63,051 nucleotides of DNA, filler included, from Chrysochromulina tobinii (GCA_001275005.1; 5 parts of 5 records of this genome joined end to end with filler, not necessarily neighbours in it), one strand, 5' to 3'; counted from the whole stretch's first letter, positions 36,743 to 49,804 are shown. Notes: generated from the sequence alone by a model not told the origin. A program made the numbers and translations.

Positions 36743-36877
36743 GTTTTGAGCGTGAAAGCCCGTGTAGTGTGAAATTGGGAGTTTCGAATGAAATCCATGA
36801 TGTCACCATACTGGCGAGGCTGTGGTGTCCCGTGTGCACAATGCAGTACATAGAACCGTTAACTGCAGTTTTCGAAA

Positions 36878-37729
36878 ATGCTCAGGTCCTTGCTAGGCGT
36901 CAATGATAGCGTCAGGTTGATACTGCCGGGCGATCGAGCTGCACTGGTGGGCCAGCAGCGAAGCCATGATGCAGCTCGACGCTTCTGCCGCGACTCTGCA
37001 AAGCAGACAGCGGCGCACGGCGGATGGTGCTTGGAGACGATGGCTCGCAATCGTCTCTTTGGATCACAGCGCTTGATTGACATCGACGGCGGGTATCTTC
37101 TGCCGGCCGCGCATGTGCCAGCAGATGAGCTTGTGCTCCAAGAACTTTATCGTCTCGTGGAGAAGCAGGGCATCCGTTCGTTCCTCGATTTGGGCGCTGG
37201 CGTGGGCCAGTACGGCCACTCCTTGCGCAGCCGCTACGGAGATACTGTGTGGTACCGCGGCTTTGATGGCGCCGGTGACGTGGAGAATTACACCAACGGC
37301 TTCGTCAAATACGTGGATTTGACGCTGCCACTCGCCTTGCGCGGCAAGGCCGAATGGGTCATTTCTCTTGAGGTCGGAGAGCATGTGCCTCGCGACTTTG
37401 AGCTCATGTTCGTTCGCAATGTGCACGCTCATGCGTGCTACGGCGTGGTGCTCTCGTGGGCATGCTACGGTGGCCATCAGCACGTCAACAAGCGTTCGAA
37501 TGAGTATGTGATTGCGCTCTTCGAGGGTCTTGGGTACCGGTACGAAAAGGAGGCCTCAGAACGGATACGCCAGCCGGCGACTAGGGCGAGGCTCGGTGCC
37601 AACCGCTCCTTGGAGGACGCGAATAGAGTCTACAGCTGGTTTGCAAGGAGCGTCATGGTGTTTGAGCGGATTGCACCACTTTCGTGTGGTACTCGGCACG
37701 TTGGCAAGAGCACAGCTGTGCGGGTTTAA
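36878..37729 (+). CDS. Class I SAM-dependent methyltransferase
   Basis: FLDLGAGVGQYG, GFDGA, WVISLEVGEHVP, GGHQHVN. Confidence 0.85.
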   Translation: MLRSLLGVNDSVRLILPGDRAALVGQQRSHDAARRFCRDSAKQTAAHGGWCLETMARNRLFGSQRLIDIDGGYLLPAAHVPADELVLQELYRLVEKQGIRSFLDLGAGVGQYGHSLRSRYGDTVWYRGFDGAGDVENYTNGFVKYVDLTLPLALRGKAEWVISLEVGEHVPRDFELMFVRNVHAHACYGVVLSWACYGGHQHVNKRSNEYVIALFEGLGYRYEKEASERIRQPATRARLGANRSLEDANRVYSWFARSVMVFERIAPLSCGTRHVGKSTAVRV

Positions 37730-38817
37730 GCTCTTTCGAGGTGTACACTTCAGGGGCGTCAGACCCGACGGCGGCGGACCGTGGTTGTTTAGAGATTGTT
37801 GTTTTCGAGCCCGAAACACCGTTATGACAGACAAAGTTGCTGCTCCATTTCGATCGCTCGGGCCCGGCGCGCGCTCACGCAGCACACGCACCGCAGGGGC
37901 CCCCTTGGCACACGCTTGAACCTTTCGTACGTGGCAGCCGGCGATGGGCGACTACGGGACTACGAGGTTCGTGTGGCCCTCCAGCGTATGGCGTCTTTCT
38001 GTTGCCTTGCCAACATGCGAATCGTTGCACACTTCACTGGAGTAAATGGCTCATCCCGTGCCGGCGATGCTATCAGCACGATGAACACAATCAAGCGCTC
38101 ATCTCACCTGCCATGCATGCCATGTGTGACATCGTCGACTGTTGTGACATGCGAGGTGCAAATGCAAACTATCTCGCCGTAGAATTTGCTGAGGGCCTCT
38201 GAAATCTCGCACGTCTCAAACATCGAACCAGCATAGGGGGGAAACCCACCCTCCGCAGAGCACACCCAGTACTCAAGGTTGGCAGCTGATGGCTCCAGAT
38301 CAGAGAGAATGGTGCCTTCACCAACGCGCACGCACCCTGTTTGAATTTTGGTGAGCATAGGCAGCCCAGATCTCATTTCAGCACGCGATGTCCACAGGAT
38401 ACCATCATCTGACCACTTCTGGAGAACGGTGCGGAGGGAACGGGAGTCTGCGATGCGAAGTGCACTCGACGCGAGCAGCGCTAGAGTTGCCACCTCGTGA
38501 CTCCACCCGTGGTTTGCAAAGGCGAGCGCCAACGTGCGCATCACAAGCGCTCTCTGTTCGCTGATCTTACCCCTGTAGTGCGCTGCGCTCCGTCGGCCGG
38601 CCGGGACTTCGGTTTGTCCAAGACGTGACCGAGACCGAAATGCCGATTTTGACGAGAACTCTGCGGACTTTGTTTTTTTTCTCTAGGTGCCGACGACCGG
38701 TGATTCGTGTGAGAGTCTCGCTGCCCGGAGAGCTGTTGTTTGTGTGTGAAAAACGCAGTGTTTGTGTGTTTCCTATGAAGAACACGCTGAGAACTTGCGA
38801 GCCACGCTGCCAGATCG

Positions 38818-39399
38818 ATGATCAGGCGCTCAGCGTATGCGGTGACGCTGCTATGCCTGCCGGCGTTGAGCTCAGCGCGTCCGGCGGTCGACGCCGTGCA
38901 CAGCCTCATGGAGGCCGCCATCGAGCGACCCAAACTGCCGCACCTGAAGCTGCCCACGAGGCACTCTGGCCTCGGAGCGCTGCTCACGCCGAAGAGAGCT
39001 GTGGTGCTGCTGCCAGCGGTGCTTGGCGGCATGGCGGTCGTATGCCCTGACGTGCTCGCGGGGCTGCTCGTGCAGCTCATCTGCTATATCGGCTCGCTCT
39101 TCGAACCCTACGACTCCGTACTTCCTGAGAAGGGCTTGCTGCGGACGCTCGTTACCACGGTGCAGCGTGCAAAGAAGGCGTATAACGTGAAGCACGGCCT
39201 GATCTCGATCGACGAGCAGCAGTTCTTCGACGACGAGGATGCATCTTCCAGGGATGAGGCCGCCGATGAGGCCGCTGCCGCTGATCGCGAGGGCGGAAGC
39301 AAGGAGGCTCTGGACGATGCTGCGGCGGCTGTGCTAGAGGAGGCTGTCGGTGACAGAGTCGTTAAGGGTAAGGAGGACGACGAGGAAATCTACAAGTGA
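38818..39399 (+). CDS. Hypothetical secreted/membrane protein with acidic tail
   Basis: Signal-like N-terminus, hydrophobic segment VVLLPAVLGGMAVV...LICYIGSLF, acidic C-terminus. Confidence 0.65.
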   Translation: MIRRSAYAVTLLCLPALSSARPAVDAVHSLMEAAIERPKLPHLKLPTRHSGLGALLTPKRAVVLLPAVLGGMAVVCPDVLAGLLVQLICYIGSLFEPYDSVLPEKGLLRTLVTTVQRAKKAYNVKHGLISIDEQQFFDDEDASSRDEAADEAAAADREGGSKEALDDAAAAVLEEAVGDRVVKGKEDDEEIYK

Positions 39400-39616
39400 A
39401 CAGCAGCTCAGCAACAGCAGGAGAGCCGAAGGTGGGATGGATGTTTCTTAGTCAAGTTTTTACTGCATGATCTCAAACTCTCATTTCAGTGCGGTGTGGT
39501 GTTGCAGCTTGCACGTGCGGACGCGCGTCGTCCTCTCTCGACTTCTCACGGTTCGCGTGCGAAATGTCGAATGCACACGCAGTGACAACACAGACATTGA
39601 ATGTGACTCAGATCAT

Positions 39617-40033
39617 TCAGGGCTTCTTAGTCAGCTTGACGATGTGGGTTCCGAATGACGTCTTTACGATTTCCAACGCACCCACCTTGGAGTCCGGGTC
39701 GAAGCAGTAGCTATCGAAGGGACCAACCATCTGGCCGCGGCCAAAGGTACCGAGATTGCCGCCTTTGCTGGCGGATGGGCACTCGCTGAACTCTTTGGCA
39801 GCCGCTTCAAAAGTCATTCTCCCTTTCTCGATCTCCTCTTTGATGTACCGCGCCTTTGATGAGCCGGGCGGCAGCAGGATGTGCGATGCGCCCGCCTTGC
39901 CGACGGCCAAGAAGTCGAAGAGGCCAGCAGCCGGCGCGGGCGCACGAGCCGTCGCCGCGCTGCGTACGGATGGAGTTTGAAACGCGGCAGTTTGACCAAC
40001 CATCCCGACGAGAATCACGGCGAGTCGAGACAT
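39617..40033 (-). CDS. Parvulin-type peptidyl-prolyl isomerase (PpiC-like), probably plastid-targeted
   Basis: ASHILL, FEAAAKEFSECPS, GGNLGTFGRGQMVGPFD, VKTSFGTHIV; signal peptide ending TAA-FQTP. Confidence 0.92.
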   Translation of the reverse strand: MSRLAVILVGMVGQTAAFQTPSVRSAATARAPAPAAGLFDFLAVGKAGASHILLPPGSSKARYIKEEIEKGRMTFEAAAKEFSECPSASKGGNLGTFGRGQMVGPFDSYCFDPDSKVGALEIVKTSFGTHIVKLTKKP

Positions 40034-40495
40034 CGCGCTCGGACGACTCTCTGTCACGGCGCTCTCGCGGGGCCACCCTGATTAGAACTGCAATTTCAAG
40101 ACCTCTGTCACGTTCACGTTCACGTTAAATTGCCATCTCGGCAAGACGCACGACCACAGGTCCCGTGGAGACACAACGTGGAGGGCGCGGTGTATTTCAG
40201 CTGACCTCTTGCCCTGCGCACATCCCGCGAGACCCCAGTCCCAGATTCCCTTGACCCTGTTCCGTGTGAGAGCAAACAAACCATGGCAACCCAGATTCCC
40301 TTCAGGAGAGTAAATTTGACTCCGCAGAGAAACGCGCCATGTATCGATGATGCCGTTGATGGCCATGTAGATTGCGTTCATTCGCCCGGACGCGTCCGCC
40401 CCCTTATTTTCGTAAACATATCATTCTACACTGTACTGCGATATGTCCTCTCCATAAGAATAAGAACGCTAACATGTCTACTCGTGAAAAGAACG

Positions 40496-40907
40496 CTATG
40501 AAGTCGAACGTGGCCCTCCGCGCGGCGTATGCGGCGGTGTCGCCGGTCGAGCTGAGTGCTTCAGGAGCGCCGAGCCGATTGGCAGGCCGTCGCGCTCAGC
40601 CAAAGAGCACTGAGCGAGCGCGTGGCCGCTCACGTAGCAGTAGGCGCACACGCGGTGGCAGTGGCGAAAAAAATGCTCACGCTCGGTCGTCGGGCACGGC
40701 AGTCCTATGTTCTCCCAAGGGCAGAGGCATTTGCCCGCGTATGGCGCGGTGGGCAGCGTCTTCGGGTGCAGCAGCAGCTTGGTACGCCCCTCGGGGTGAG
40801 TGAGCATCTGACGAAGCCGCGTCTGAGCGGCAAGCCGCGCCGCACGCTCCTCCACGCTCACAAGGGCCCATGCCTCCGCCGCGAGCATCTCGGGCGTCGG
40901 CTCGTCG

Positions 40908-40957
<50 letters not shown>

Positions 40958-43900
40958 GTTCAGAGGCGAGCCCGGCGGCAGCGCGCCCTCGCCTGCGTAC
41001 ATGCCGAGCGGAAGCGGCGGCGCACCGTGGGCATAAGACGCCTCCGCGCGTCCCCACTCGACAGCCGAGGCCCGCCCGGCGGCAGCGGCCACATCCCGCG
41101 CAGAGGCCACACGAGACGGCGAAATGGGCCGAGGTGAGCCGAGGCCCTCTCTGCGCGGCGATGCGAGAGCCGCGCGCGGCGATGCGAGTGCCGCGCGAGG
41201 GGTGTTCTCGCTCGCATAGAGAGCTGTTCCACGAGGGGTGTTCGTGCGAGGGGTGCTCGGGCTCGCAGCACGTGGAGACGAGGGCACTCCTGGTGGCGCT
41301 GTAGTGGGCACTCCTGGCGGCGCGACGCGCCCGGAGACGGACAAGAGGGCAAGCGACAATCGGAGAGGCTGAGCGTCGGACGCGCTGTCGCTCGCGTAGA
41401 GAGCCTTTGCGAGCCCTCGGCGCGCCTCGGCCTCCTCTTCGACGAAGTACACGTCCCCCGCCACGGTGACGCACCCGGCCGTCTCACGCACCTCCGCTGC
41501 CGGCGAGCCGTGGCGCAGGGGGCTCGGAATGTGGCCGGAGGAGGCGTGGGCGCGCGGGGTGCGGCTTGTCGCCTGGGCCGCCTCGCTCTTGGCCGTGCTC
41601 TCGCACTTGCTGGCAGCACCGTCCACGACGTCCCTCACAAGCTTGCGCTCCTGAGGCTGGGGAAGGGATCTCCCCGAGGGCTTCTCCACGGCAGATGGCA
41701 AGGCGAACGACGAGGACATGCAGCGCGAGAAGATCTCGGGCGCACCGTCGACGGCACCACAGTTGCCACTCGTACTACTCGTCTGCCGCGGCGTTGTCGG
41801 CCTGGGCGCGCCGTCGTGGGCGTTCGAGGCCCCACTGGCGCGGGGGGAGGGCGGGGGCGGCGAAGAGGCCCGAGGCGTGACGCTTCCCGCCTTGGCTGGG
41901 GTCTGAGCGAGCCTGCCCGCCACGACGCCGGGCAAGGTGCCGCTTGCAGTGCCGAGCAGCGCGCAGTTGGGATGCCAGCCGTTGAGATCGACGGACGCAC
42001 ACGGCGTTGAGCGCACTGAGCGCGGCGAGGGCGCGAAACGTGCGTACACTTGATGCTCCTCATTGATGACCTCGATCGGCGGCGGCGGCAGCGGCGGGGG
42101 GGGCATGTGCTCCTCCGACTCGTAAGGATGGTGATCGACGGCCGTTGGCTTGCCATTCACAGTCACACCTCCGTCGACGGCCGTTGGCTCCCCCATCTTC
42201 GCCGTAGGCTGCTCGCCCACCATCTGTAGTCGCTTGGTGGCGGGTGCTGGTGCAGGTGCCGGTGTCGGCGCCGGAGCGCCGAGTTGGTGCGTTGAGCGTC
42301 GAGCCGCCTCCACGCCGTGGGTCATTGCAAGACGAGTGAGGTCGCGATGGCGCTTCGCATCGGCGGCGGCGGTGAGGGCGCGACACTCGGGTGGCGGTAA
42401 ACGGCAGATCGCGGCGAGGGCGTGCATGTTGATGAGCTCATTCTCGCCCACCTCCGTCTCCGCCGCCGTCGAGGCCAACGGCCGCTGCTTTAGGAGCGAT
42501 CGGAAGCCGTCGAGGCGCGCGCGACACGTGTCGAACCGGCCGGCGAGCGCCTCGAGCGCCGCGTTCACTACGTCCTTGGCGATCACGCTCGAGGCGGTGT
42601 CACCGACGGCCGCGGGCGGGGGCAACGTCGCGATGTACGCGACCTGCTTCTCGAGCGTCGCGCGCAGCGAGGGCGCCACGAGCTCGCGGTCGCAGTGTGC
42701 CAGGCCGTCGTAGATTGCAATCCCGAGACGCGTGGGTACGACATAACGGCCCGGCAGGAGCGGCGGCCTGACGTAGCCCTTCCTCGCGGTGAGCGTCATC
42801 ATCGGATCGGGCGTAGCGTCTGCGCTGCCAGCGGGCTCGCCCGTAACTTCAATTGCAGCATCGGCAGCATCGGCAGCGAGGGCGGTGGCGCGCTCGCTGC
42901 CGGCGCCGGCGCCTCGGTCATCTCCGTTGCCCACGTCCCCGATCACCCTGCCGCCCGCCGAGCGGATCTCAAGGTAGCCAGAGCGCACGGCGGCGCCAAG
43001 GTGCTGTGGAAGAGACCCGTCGGTGCCCACACCGTTGGCATGGAGAAGGGAGTAGAGCTCGGCTTCGGTGAACGGCTTGGGCGGCGGTGTGAACCCAACC
43101 GTCAGGTCGATTTGCACGTTCTGGATCGTATCGCCGGGCAGATAGGCATCCAGCTCCGGCTCGATGCCCTCGAGCTTCATCCCCAGGTCCTTGAGCCGCC
43201 ACGGCTGTGCATGCATCCACCCGTGATCAAGGATCTTATGCCACGTGGTCGCGAACTCGAAGGTGTGCGACGCATTGTCCAGCTTCGCCTGCAGCCGTTT
43301 CTCCTGGTACACTGCATCCGGGAAGAGCGATGCCAAGAAATGGACGCACACCGCCTCATACACGTGCCAGCCATGCATGCCACAGGAAGTCTCGACTTCC
43401 TTTCGACTCAAACGGCCCACGGGCAGGATGGGCGGGTGCTCGCCGCTCGCCTCGCCGCGGCGCGGCACGGGCGGCGGTGCAAGCAGCAGCCAGCGCGCGA
43501 GCGGCGCAAAGTCAGTTTGCTCCGTGGCGAGCAGCGAGAGCGTGCCCACGACGTCGAGGTTGCTCGGGTACTTGGTCGAATGAGTGCGCGGGTACGTGAT
43601 CAGTCCGCGCGCGTAGAGCTCCTCAGCGACTGCGAGCGTACGCTCGCCGCTCAGGCACAGGTAGTCGGCACCGATGCGCAGCAGGCCGAGCTCCGACAGC
43701 CCCGCCGGTGGCGGCAGCCGCCTCTCCTCATGAGCCACCGACAGAACGAGGAGCTCGGGTTTGCTCCCCGTGCGGTTGCTGCCGTGCTTGAACAGGCTCA
43801 TCATCTTCTCGGCCTGCACCTTGCTGTGCGTGGGCCCTCCGCACCACTGCATCTCGATGGTGCGGTCCGGCACCGTCTGCCCCTTTCGTGTCAACTCCGC

Positions 43901-45226
43901 GCCGCTCGCCGCCGTGCCCAGTACGGCGCCGTCGGCCGTCCGCGCCCAGTACGGCGCCTTCTTGAGCACGTCTTGGAGGTAGAGCTCTCGCGCCTGGTTC
44001 GCGGCGAGAGCCTCGACCACCGACGCGCTGCTCTCCGCCGCGGCCGCGGCCTCCACGGCCGCCTCGAGTCGAGCTTTGAGCTCGGCTGGCATGTCGCCAC
44101 CAGAGGCGCCTCCCTTGCGCGGCGACTTGGGCCGAGCGAAAGAGGGGCCACCTTTCGAACGCTTCGCGGTCTCTTTTGTCTCCTTGGGCGCGAGGATGGT
44201 GACCGTCGCGCGGATGTCGTAAAACGGCGTGGGCCGGTGCAGCCGGACCTCGCGCTTGCGCGTCACGCAAAGCCCGAGCACCGCGATATGCCCCATGCCG
44301 TACGTGAGCGTGCGCACCCGCGGCAGGCTCAGTGCCTCGCGGACCGCCTGGCGCAGCGCGCGCGTGAGCAGACGGGAGAAGGCCAGGTATGTTTTGAGCT
44401 CGAGCTCGAGCCGCGCGTCTACCGCAGCCGCGCCCGTCGGGTCAGGCTTGACCAGACGGCGCAGCGAGCGCTGCAGCGCCGCGGGAGCGATGCTCGAGAA
44501 GCGCGCGCGCCACACGCGGTCGGGTGTGAAGCGCGGCAGACAACGAAGCACTTCGAAGATGATCGATTCACCCTCGAGATCGCACGAGGTCCAGAAGCAC
44601 ACCCAGCCGCGCCCGTGCGACTCACGCGCGAGGTGCTCGCGCACGCCGACGCGCTCGCTCGCGGGCTCGGCGACGCGGCGCATCTTGGCACCGAAGAGCT
44701 CGCGGAGGTCACGCTCGCGCGGCTCGCCAATCGGCGCCACGAGCTCGAGCGACTGCAGGTGGCCGCACACCGACGTGATCGCAAACGAACACGATTTGTT
44801 GCCCGCAGGCGGGAAGTGACCAAAGCAGTCGTGCACTTTGAGCAGGCCGTGGCCGCGCGTGCGCCGATTGCCCGACGATAAGGCCTCGGCGATCGCGAGC
44901 GCGACCGACGGCCGGTCGGCGATGTGCAGCACGCTCGCGTCGTCGTACGTCTCCGCGACCGAGCGGCCCCACTGCGTCGTGCCGGCGCCCGTTGGCGTGC
45001 TGCGCGACTTCGGCGAGGCGGAGCGGCCGCGCAGTTGCGGACCGGCCGCCGAACGCGCCATCGAAAAGCTCTCGCGCGCGGGCAATACCGAGCGGCCGGC
45101 ACGTGCATACGCACGCTCCTGCGCCACCGAGGGTTGTGTCGTGTCGGGTGTGATGCTGATGTCCAAGGTCTGCCCGATGCCCGATGGCATCCCCGCCCGA
45201 GGAAGAAGGTGCGAGGACGCTCGCAT
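40496..45226 (-). CDS. TOP3B: Type IA DNA topoisomerase, TOP3B-like, with degenerate TOPRIM, long low-complexity C-terminus and terminal CCHC zinc knuckle; intronless
   Basis: TSVCGHL, CDLEGESIIFEV, RARFSSI, AVDAR, AEELY..GLITYPRT, HPPI, GVGTDGS; C-terminal CAYCYVSGHALAQC. Confidence 0.85.
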
Positions 45227-45654
45227 ATGAATGAGGGTTCAGGTAGCCCAAAATTTCATGAAACATGAACTATAAGGTCAGCTCTAATCCTACGCTGTAA
45301 AAGGGAGAAGCGCAGGCGGGGGTGTCGTCATGTCAGTATGATTTAATGGACTGGGAGCGCGCTGGATCACTGACGCGACGCTGTCCTACAATTTGTATAA
45401 CATCCTCGACATCGAAGGTCGCGCCCGTCTCGACTCTCGTAGAGAATCGCCCATGCCTAACATGCCAGCAACGAAGAAGCAGGCGAGCTTGTCCTCGGGC
45501 GAAGAAAGCACGCCCTCTCGTCGGCCGGTACTGTATACTGTATGAGTATGTGCCACTTGGACTGGCATCGAGGGGATCCCCTCAAGAGGAGTGCGACCAC
45601 AGCGCTGGTTGAGAGCGTCGATTGATTCCTCGATGGCACGAGAGCAACGGCCGG

Positions 45655-46275
45655 TCACACCACATAGAGCGCGCTAGTCCGCACGTGTGGATTGGTCGCA
45701 TTCACGAACAAGCCGGCCGTGCGCGGTGACAGCACGTCTGACGGACAGGGCGGATCCGGCTCCGGAATGTCGGGCACGCCGTCCATAAACTCGATGAGTG
45801 AGAGAACGTCATCGACTTGCTCATCCAATTGCTGATCTGACATCATGTCCTGGCACCAAGAGTGATCCACAGTCTTGGACCCAATCTGCTGGCGCTTTGG
45901 TAACAACTCTGCATCCACGTCGGTGCGAGGCCTGCGCTCCGCCATGCGCTCCGCCTGTGACGATTGAGATGGTAGCGGGCGAAACGGCATGAAAGGTGCT
46001 TCGAGAAAAGCAGGCACTGGAGCTGGCAAATGGAGCTGGCTGGGAGAAGCGGCCGCCATAGCGAAAGCAGCTTCCACCGATAGCTCGAGCTGTCGGTGGA
46101 AGCTGTCACATTGCGCTATGTAAACCTCCGCTGGATGATGACGGTGATGCATCTCGACCAGCCCCTGCTGCTGTAATTGACGAATGTCGACCAGTCCCTG
46201 CTGCTGCGCATGTCCTCTGTCGGCAAGCCGCTGCTTCTGTGCTTGCTGCAATTCGGCAACATGCGAAATGTGAGC

Positions 46276-46328
<53 letters not shown>

Positions 46329-46373
46329 GCTGCTGATGATGATGATGATGAAGCTGCTGCTGAAGCTGCTGAA

Positions 46374-46464
<91 letters not shown>

Positions 46465-47623
46465 ATCATTCGGGCTTCCAGTCAGGTGCATCGTGCGGAA
46501 GCTGCCGTCTCGCATCTGCGCCGACGCACGCAGGTGTCAGTGGCGGCAATCGCGTCTGTTTCCTCCCGGCGGCGTGCTAGCTAGCCGGCGGAGAAGAAAG
46601 CGGCGCAGGGCGGCGCTGGGCGGCGCAGGAAGCGGCGCAGGAAGCGGCTCAGGGCGGCGCAGCGCAGGGCGGCGCGGCGCGGTGGCGCGGGCAGCAGGAG
46701 CGGTGGTCGGCGTGCGTGACGGGGGGGGGCGTGTCGTGGGGTGCGTGTGCCGTAGTATTTTGTGCGCGTGTGTGCACGCGCACCGCGATGATGTACGACG
46801 CGCGGTAAGACCATTGAAACAGTCGCGAGAGGGCGAGGCCTGTCACTGTGCCAATAGAGACGGCCATGGTCGAGTTGGTGCGGCTCAAGATTGGGTTCAT
46901 GAAGCCGCCCGCAGAGTGGAAGATCAGGCACGCAGCTACAAGCAGCTGCGTGCCAAACGAAAAGCACGAGGTGCAGATCATCGCGGATATCAGCGTGAAC
47001 CTCGCGCAGCACATGATGCCTAAGAACACGAGAATGTCAGAGTCTATAGGAACTTGCTGGGTGCGTTCGGCGGCCGCCTTCCAGCACATGAGATTGACGA
47101 TGGGGGTGAGAAAGCACATGTAAATGGCGGGCAGGACAGAAAACCTTCGCGCACGCTCCACCGCACGCTCGTGGTCGTTGTCCATGTGGAGAAAGATGCG
47201 GACAAGGACAAGACTTGCCGAAGACATAAAGTGCACCTTCCAGCTTGGGCCAGCGAACCGCGGCATGATCCATTGGTTCATCAGAAAGGTGAGGGCAACC
47301 AACGTTACACAGATGATGTGGAAGGCAAAGTGCTCCCGGTACATGGTTGAGACGATTTTGCGCTCGTGACGTTCGTCATACAGCTGGAGCGTGAGGCAGT
47401 CGACTGCCAGCTGGTCGGGTAAGTCCTCCTCCAACTCGTCGTCGTCGTAGTCAAGCAGCTCGTCCCCATCCTCTTCCGGAGGATCTGGGACGCGGGCAGG
47501 CGGGTTGGGGCTGCGATGGCGCCGACGCAGGCTTGGTGCTTTCGGGTTCGGATCGAGTGAGATGAATGGCGCAAAGTCAATAGCAGTGGGCGCTCCCTGC
47601 GCCGGCATCAGCGAGGTTGGCAT
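45655..47623 (-). CDS. Multi-pass membrane protein with a polyglutamine cytoplasmic tail; exons 47623-46784 and 46515-45655
   Basis: Several hydrophobic helices in exon 1. A phase-0 GT-AG intron joins it to an exon encoding Q-rich tracts. Confidence 0.65.
46276..46462. repeat. (CTG/CAG)n trinucleotide tract encoding polyQ
   Basis: Long ctgctg runs read directly. Confidence 0.95.
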
Positions 47624-48087
47624 CTTCAGTCTTTTCTCCGCGCGCGGCCTGTTTACCGGGTAGCTCCACGACAATTATCTTTGTCCGTTTTGGGGCGGTC
47701 CTCATCAATTTTAAGGCACGGGTCACACATCCGTGAACCCCGACCGTGATCGTGAGCCGTGACCGTGATCGCATGCGCTTGTCGCTCACGGTCACGGTCG
47801 TGACCGTGATCACGCGGCGTCGCGCCCGGTTCCGCTCCGAGGCCACATTCTATGGCGTGAGCCGTGAGATGAGGCCTCGGGATTGGGCGGGAGCGCTCCC
47901 GCCATTGGCGCGAAAGAGCGGAGCAAGACAGAGCAGCAATGGAGGTGAGTGCAATGCAACCCAACACATTCTACCGCGCCGCCGTGGGCCATCCTGCTGC
48001 CGGCTGCGAATGCAGCGCGCACGACCGCCCTTCCGTGACTCTCTGTCCCATCTGCGCCGGCGTGAGCGCCCAGCTGGTCGCTCATTC

Positions 48088-49278
48088 ATGTCTCGTATGC
48101 TGATGCGCGCACAAGCTGCAGACGCTAACGATCGTATCGCGTTGTGTGTGGCAGCACAACAACCCCCGTACGCGCTCTCCCATGTACCCCATGAAGCGCT
48201 TGCTCGATGTCGAGACCGAGAACTTGGGGGCCTGCACACGATGATGCGAGCGCAGCTGCCCTGGCTCATCGCCTGGTGGCTCGACCGCGGCTTCCCACTC
48301 GTCACATTCCCGCACCACTGGCTCACCGAGAGCGGCCGAAGCACCCCAGTCGAGCGCACCGAGAGCGGCCACGTGCGCATCGACGGCCCGAGCGGCCGCG
48401 ACGAGCCACTCAAGGGCTTCTACCAATCGCACTGCCTGCGGCTGCTCCCGGCGCTGCTCGAGCGCGCCTTTGCGCCGGGCGACTCAGCCGTCGCCAAGCG
48501 CGCGGCCGCAGAGAGGGGGCCGCTCGAGCGACTGCTTGGGCTGCCGCTCTCGCAGCTGCTTCGGCGGCGAGAGCCCGATGGAAAGGACCTGACGGGTGTC
48601 GCGTCCGCGCCAGTGGGCGCGATCGTGCAGGTCCTCGGCAGTACACTCCCGCTCCGGTGGACGGCGCGCGAGCAGCTGGGCGAGCGCGCCCACTGGGAGG
48701 ACCTCGCGGGCTACCTCGAGAAGCTCCTTCAGGCTGCGGCCGCCGAGGAGGCGCCCGCCGAGGTGGCCGCGCGTGCGCTGCCACAGCAGCCGCGCCTCTC
48801 GCACGTCCTCGTCAAAAGCACGGACGCCCTGCTCGTTGCCATGCTCAGCCAGCTCGCCGCCGACGCGACGCCGCTCAGCGCCACGCCCTTCGCCGCCACC
48901 GCCGCAGCCGCACCCGCCGCGCCCGCTGCCGCTGCCGACGCGGCCGCGTGCGCCATCGGCCTGTCGTCGGACGCAGTGCGCAAGGCGGCGGAGGCACTCG
49001 CGCACGCGGCGGGCCTCGCTGACGCGACTGCGATGATGTGTGACATCCCGGGGCGCGTTCTCGACCTGGTGTTGGTGCTTCACTATGCGCACCGCGCGCC
49101 GGCCCGCGACCGGCTGCACCGGCACGCCGCGCCCTCGTCGATGCTGCCCACGCTAGAGCTGCTCACGGCAGCGCCCAATGGGCTGCTCCCGCCGCGCCTC
49201 GCGCCTCCGCCCACCGTCGACAGCCAGAAGCAGGGTCTCTTCCCGTCGTGGCCATCGCGCGGCTACTGCGCCACGTGA
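48088..49278 (+). pseudogene. Isolated fragment resembling the central HEAT region of ATM kinase; no kinase domain
   Basis: QLPWLIAWWLDRGFPLVTFPHHWL...GFYQSHCLRLLPALL recalls the ATM central solenoid from memory. The ORF stops early and is linked to an inverted duplication. Confidence 0.4.
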
Positions 49279-49804
49279 CGCTCAGCCTCTTGCCCGAGCC
49301 CTCCGACTTTGCGTTGCCGCCGCCGGCACAGGATTTATGACTCGAAATTTCTGAAGCTGCAGCGCGGCTGCACCGTCTTGATGGCCGTGCTCGACGCCAT
49401 CATCAATCCGGCAGGAGAGGTGAAGAGCCTCGAGGCGGAGGCGACGAAGGCGCTGCGGCGCGACCATTGCGCGGCGCTCTTCCACGCGCTCCTTCCGCTC
49501 GCGGCCGCAGCCGGCAGCGCACGCGCGGCCACCTCGGCGGGCGCCTCCTCGGCGGCCGCAGCCTGAAGGAGCTTCTCGATGAGAGCGAGGGCCTCCGCGG
49601 CGGCACGGCCTGCAGCGGCCGAGGCAGCCGAGACGGCGGCCGGCGCACTGGCGGACGAGGGGAAGGCGGCAGCTTGGTGCGTGGTCTGGGCGTCGTCGCC
49701 GAGAGTGCGCATGAGCGCTCAGCCACCTCGCTCGCGTGCGCCTCCATGACTGACGCGAGCCGCGCTTGCTGCGCCTGTAGCGCGGCCGCCGCCTCCGCCT
49801 CGAG

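Noticed and set aside
42695..44881. Long antisense ORFs (also 50370-51380, 58416-59723, 24219-25193)
   Set aside because: Expected shadows of GC-rich coding sequence on the opposite strand, with no recognisable motifs
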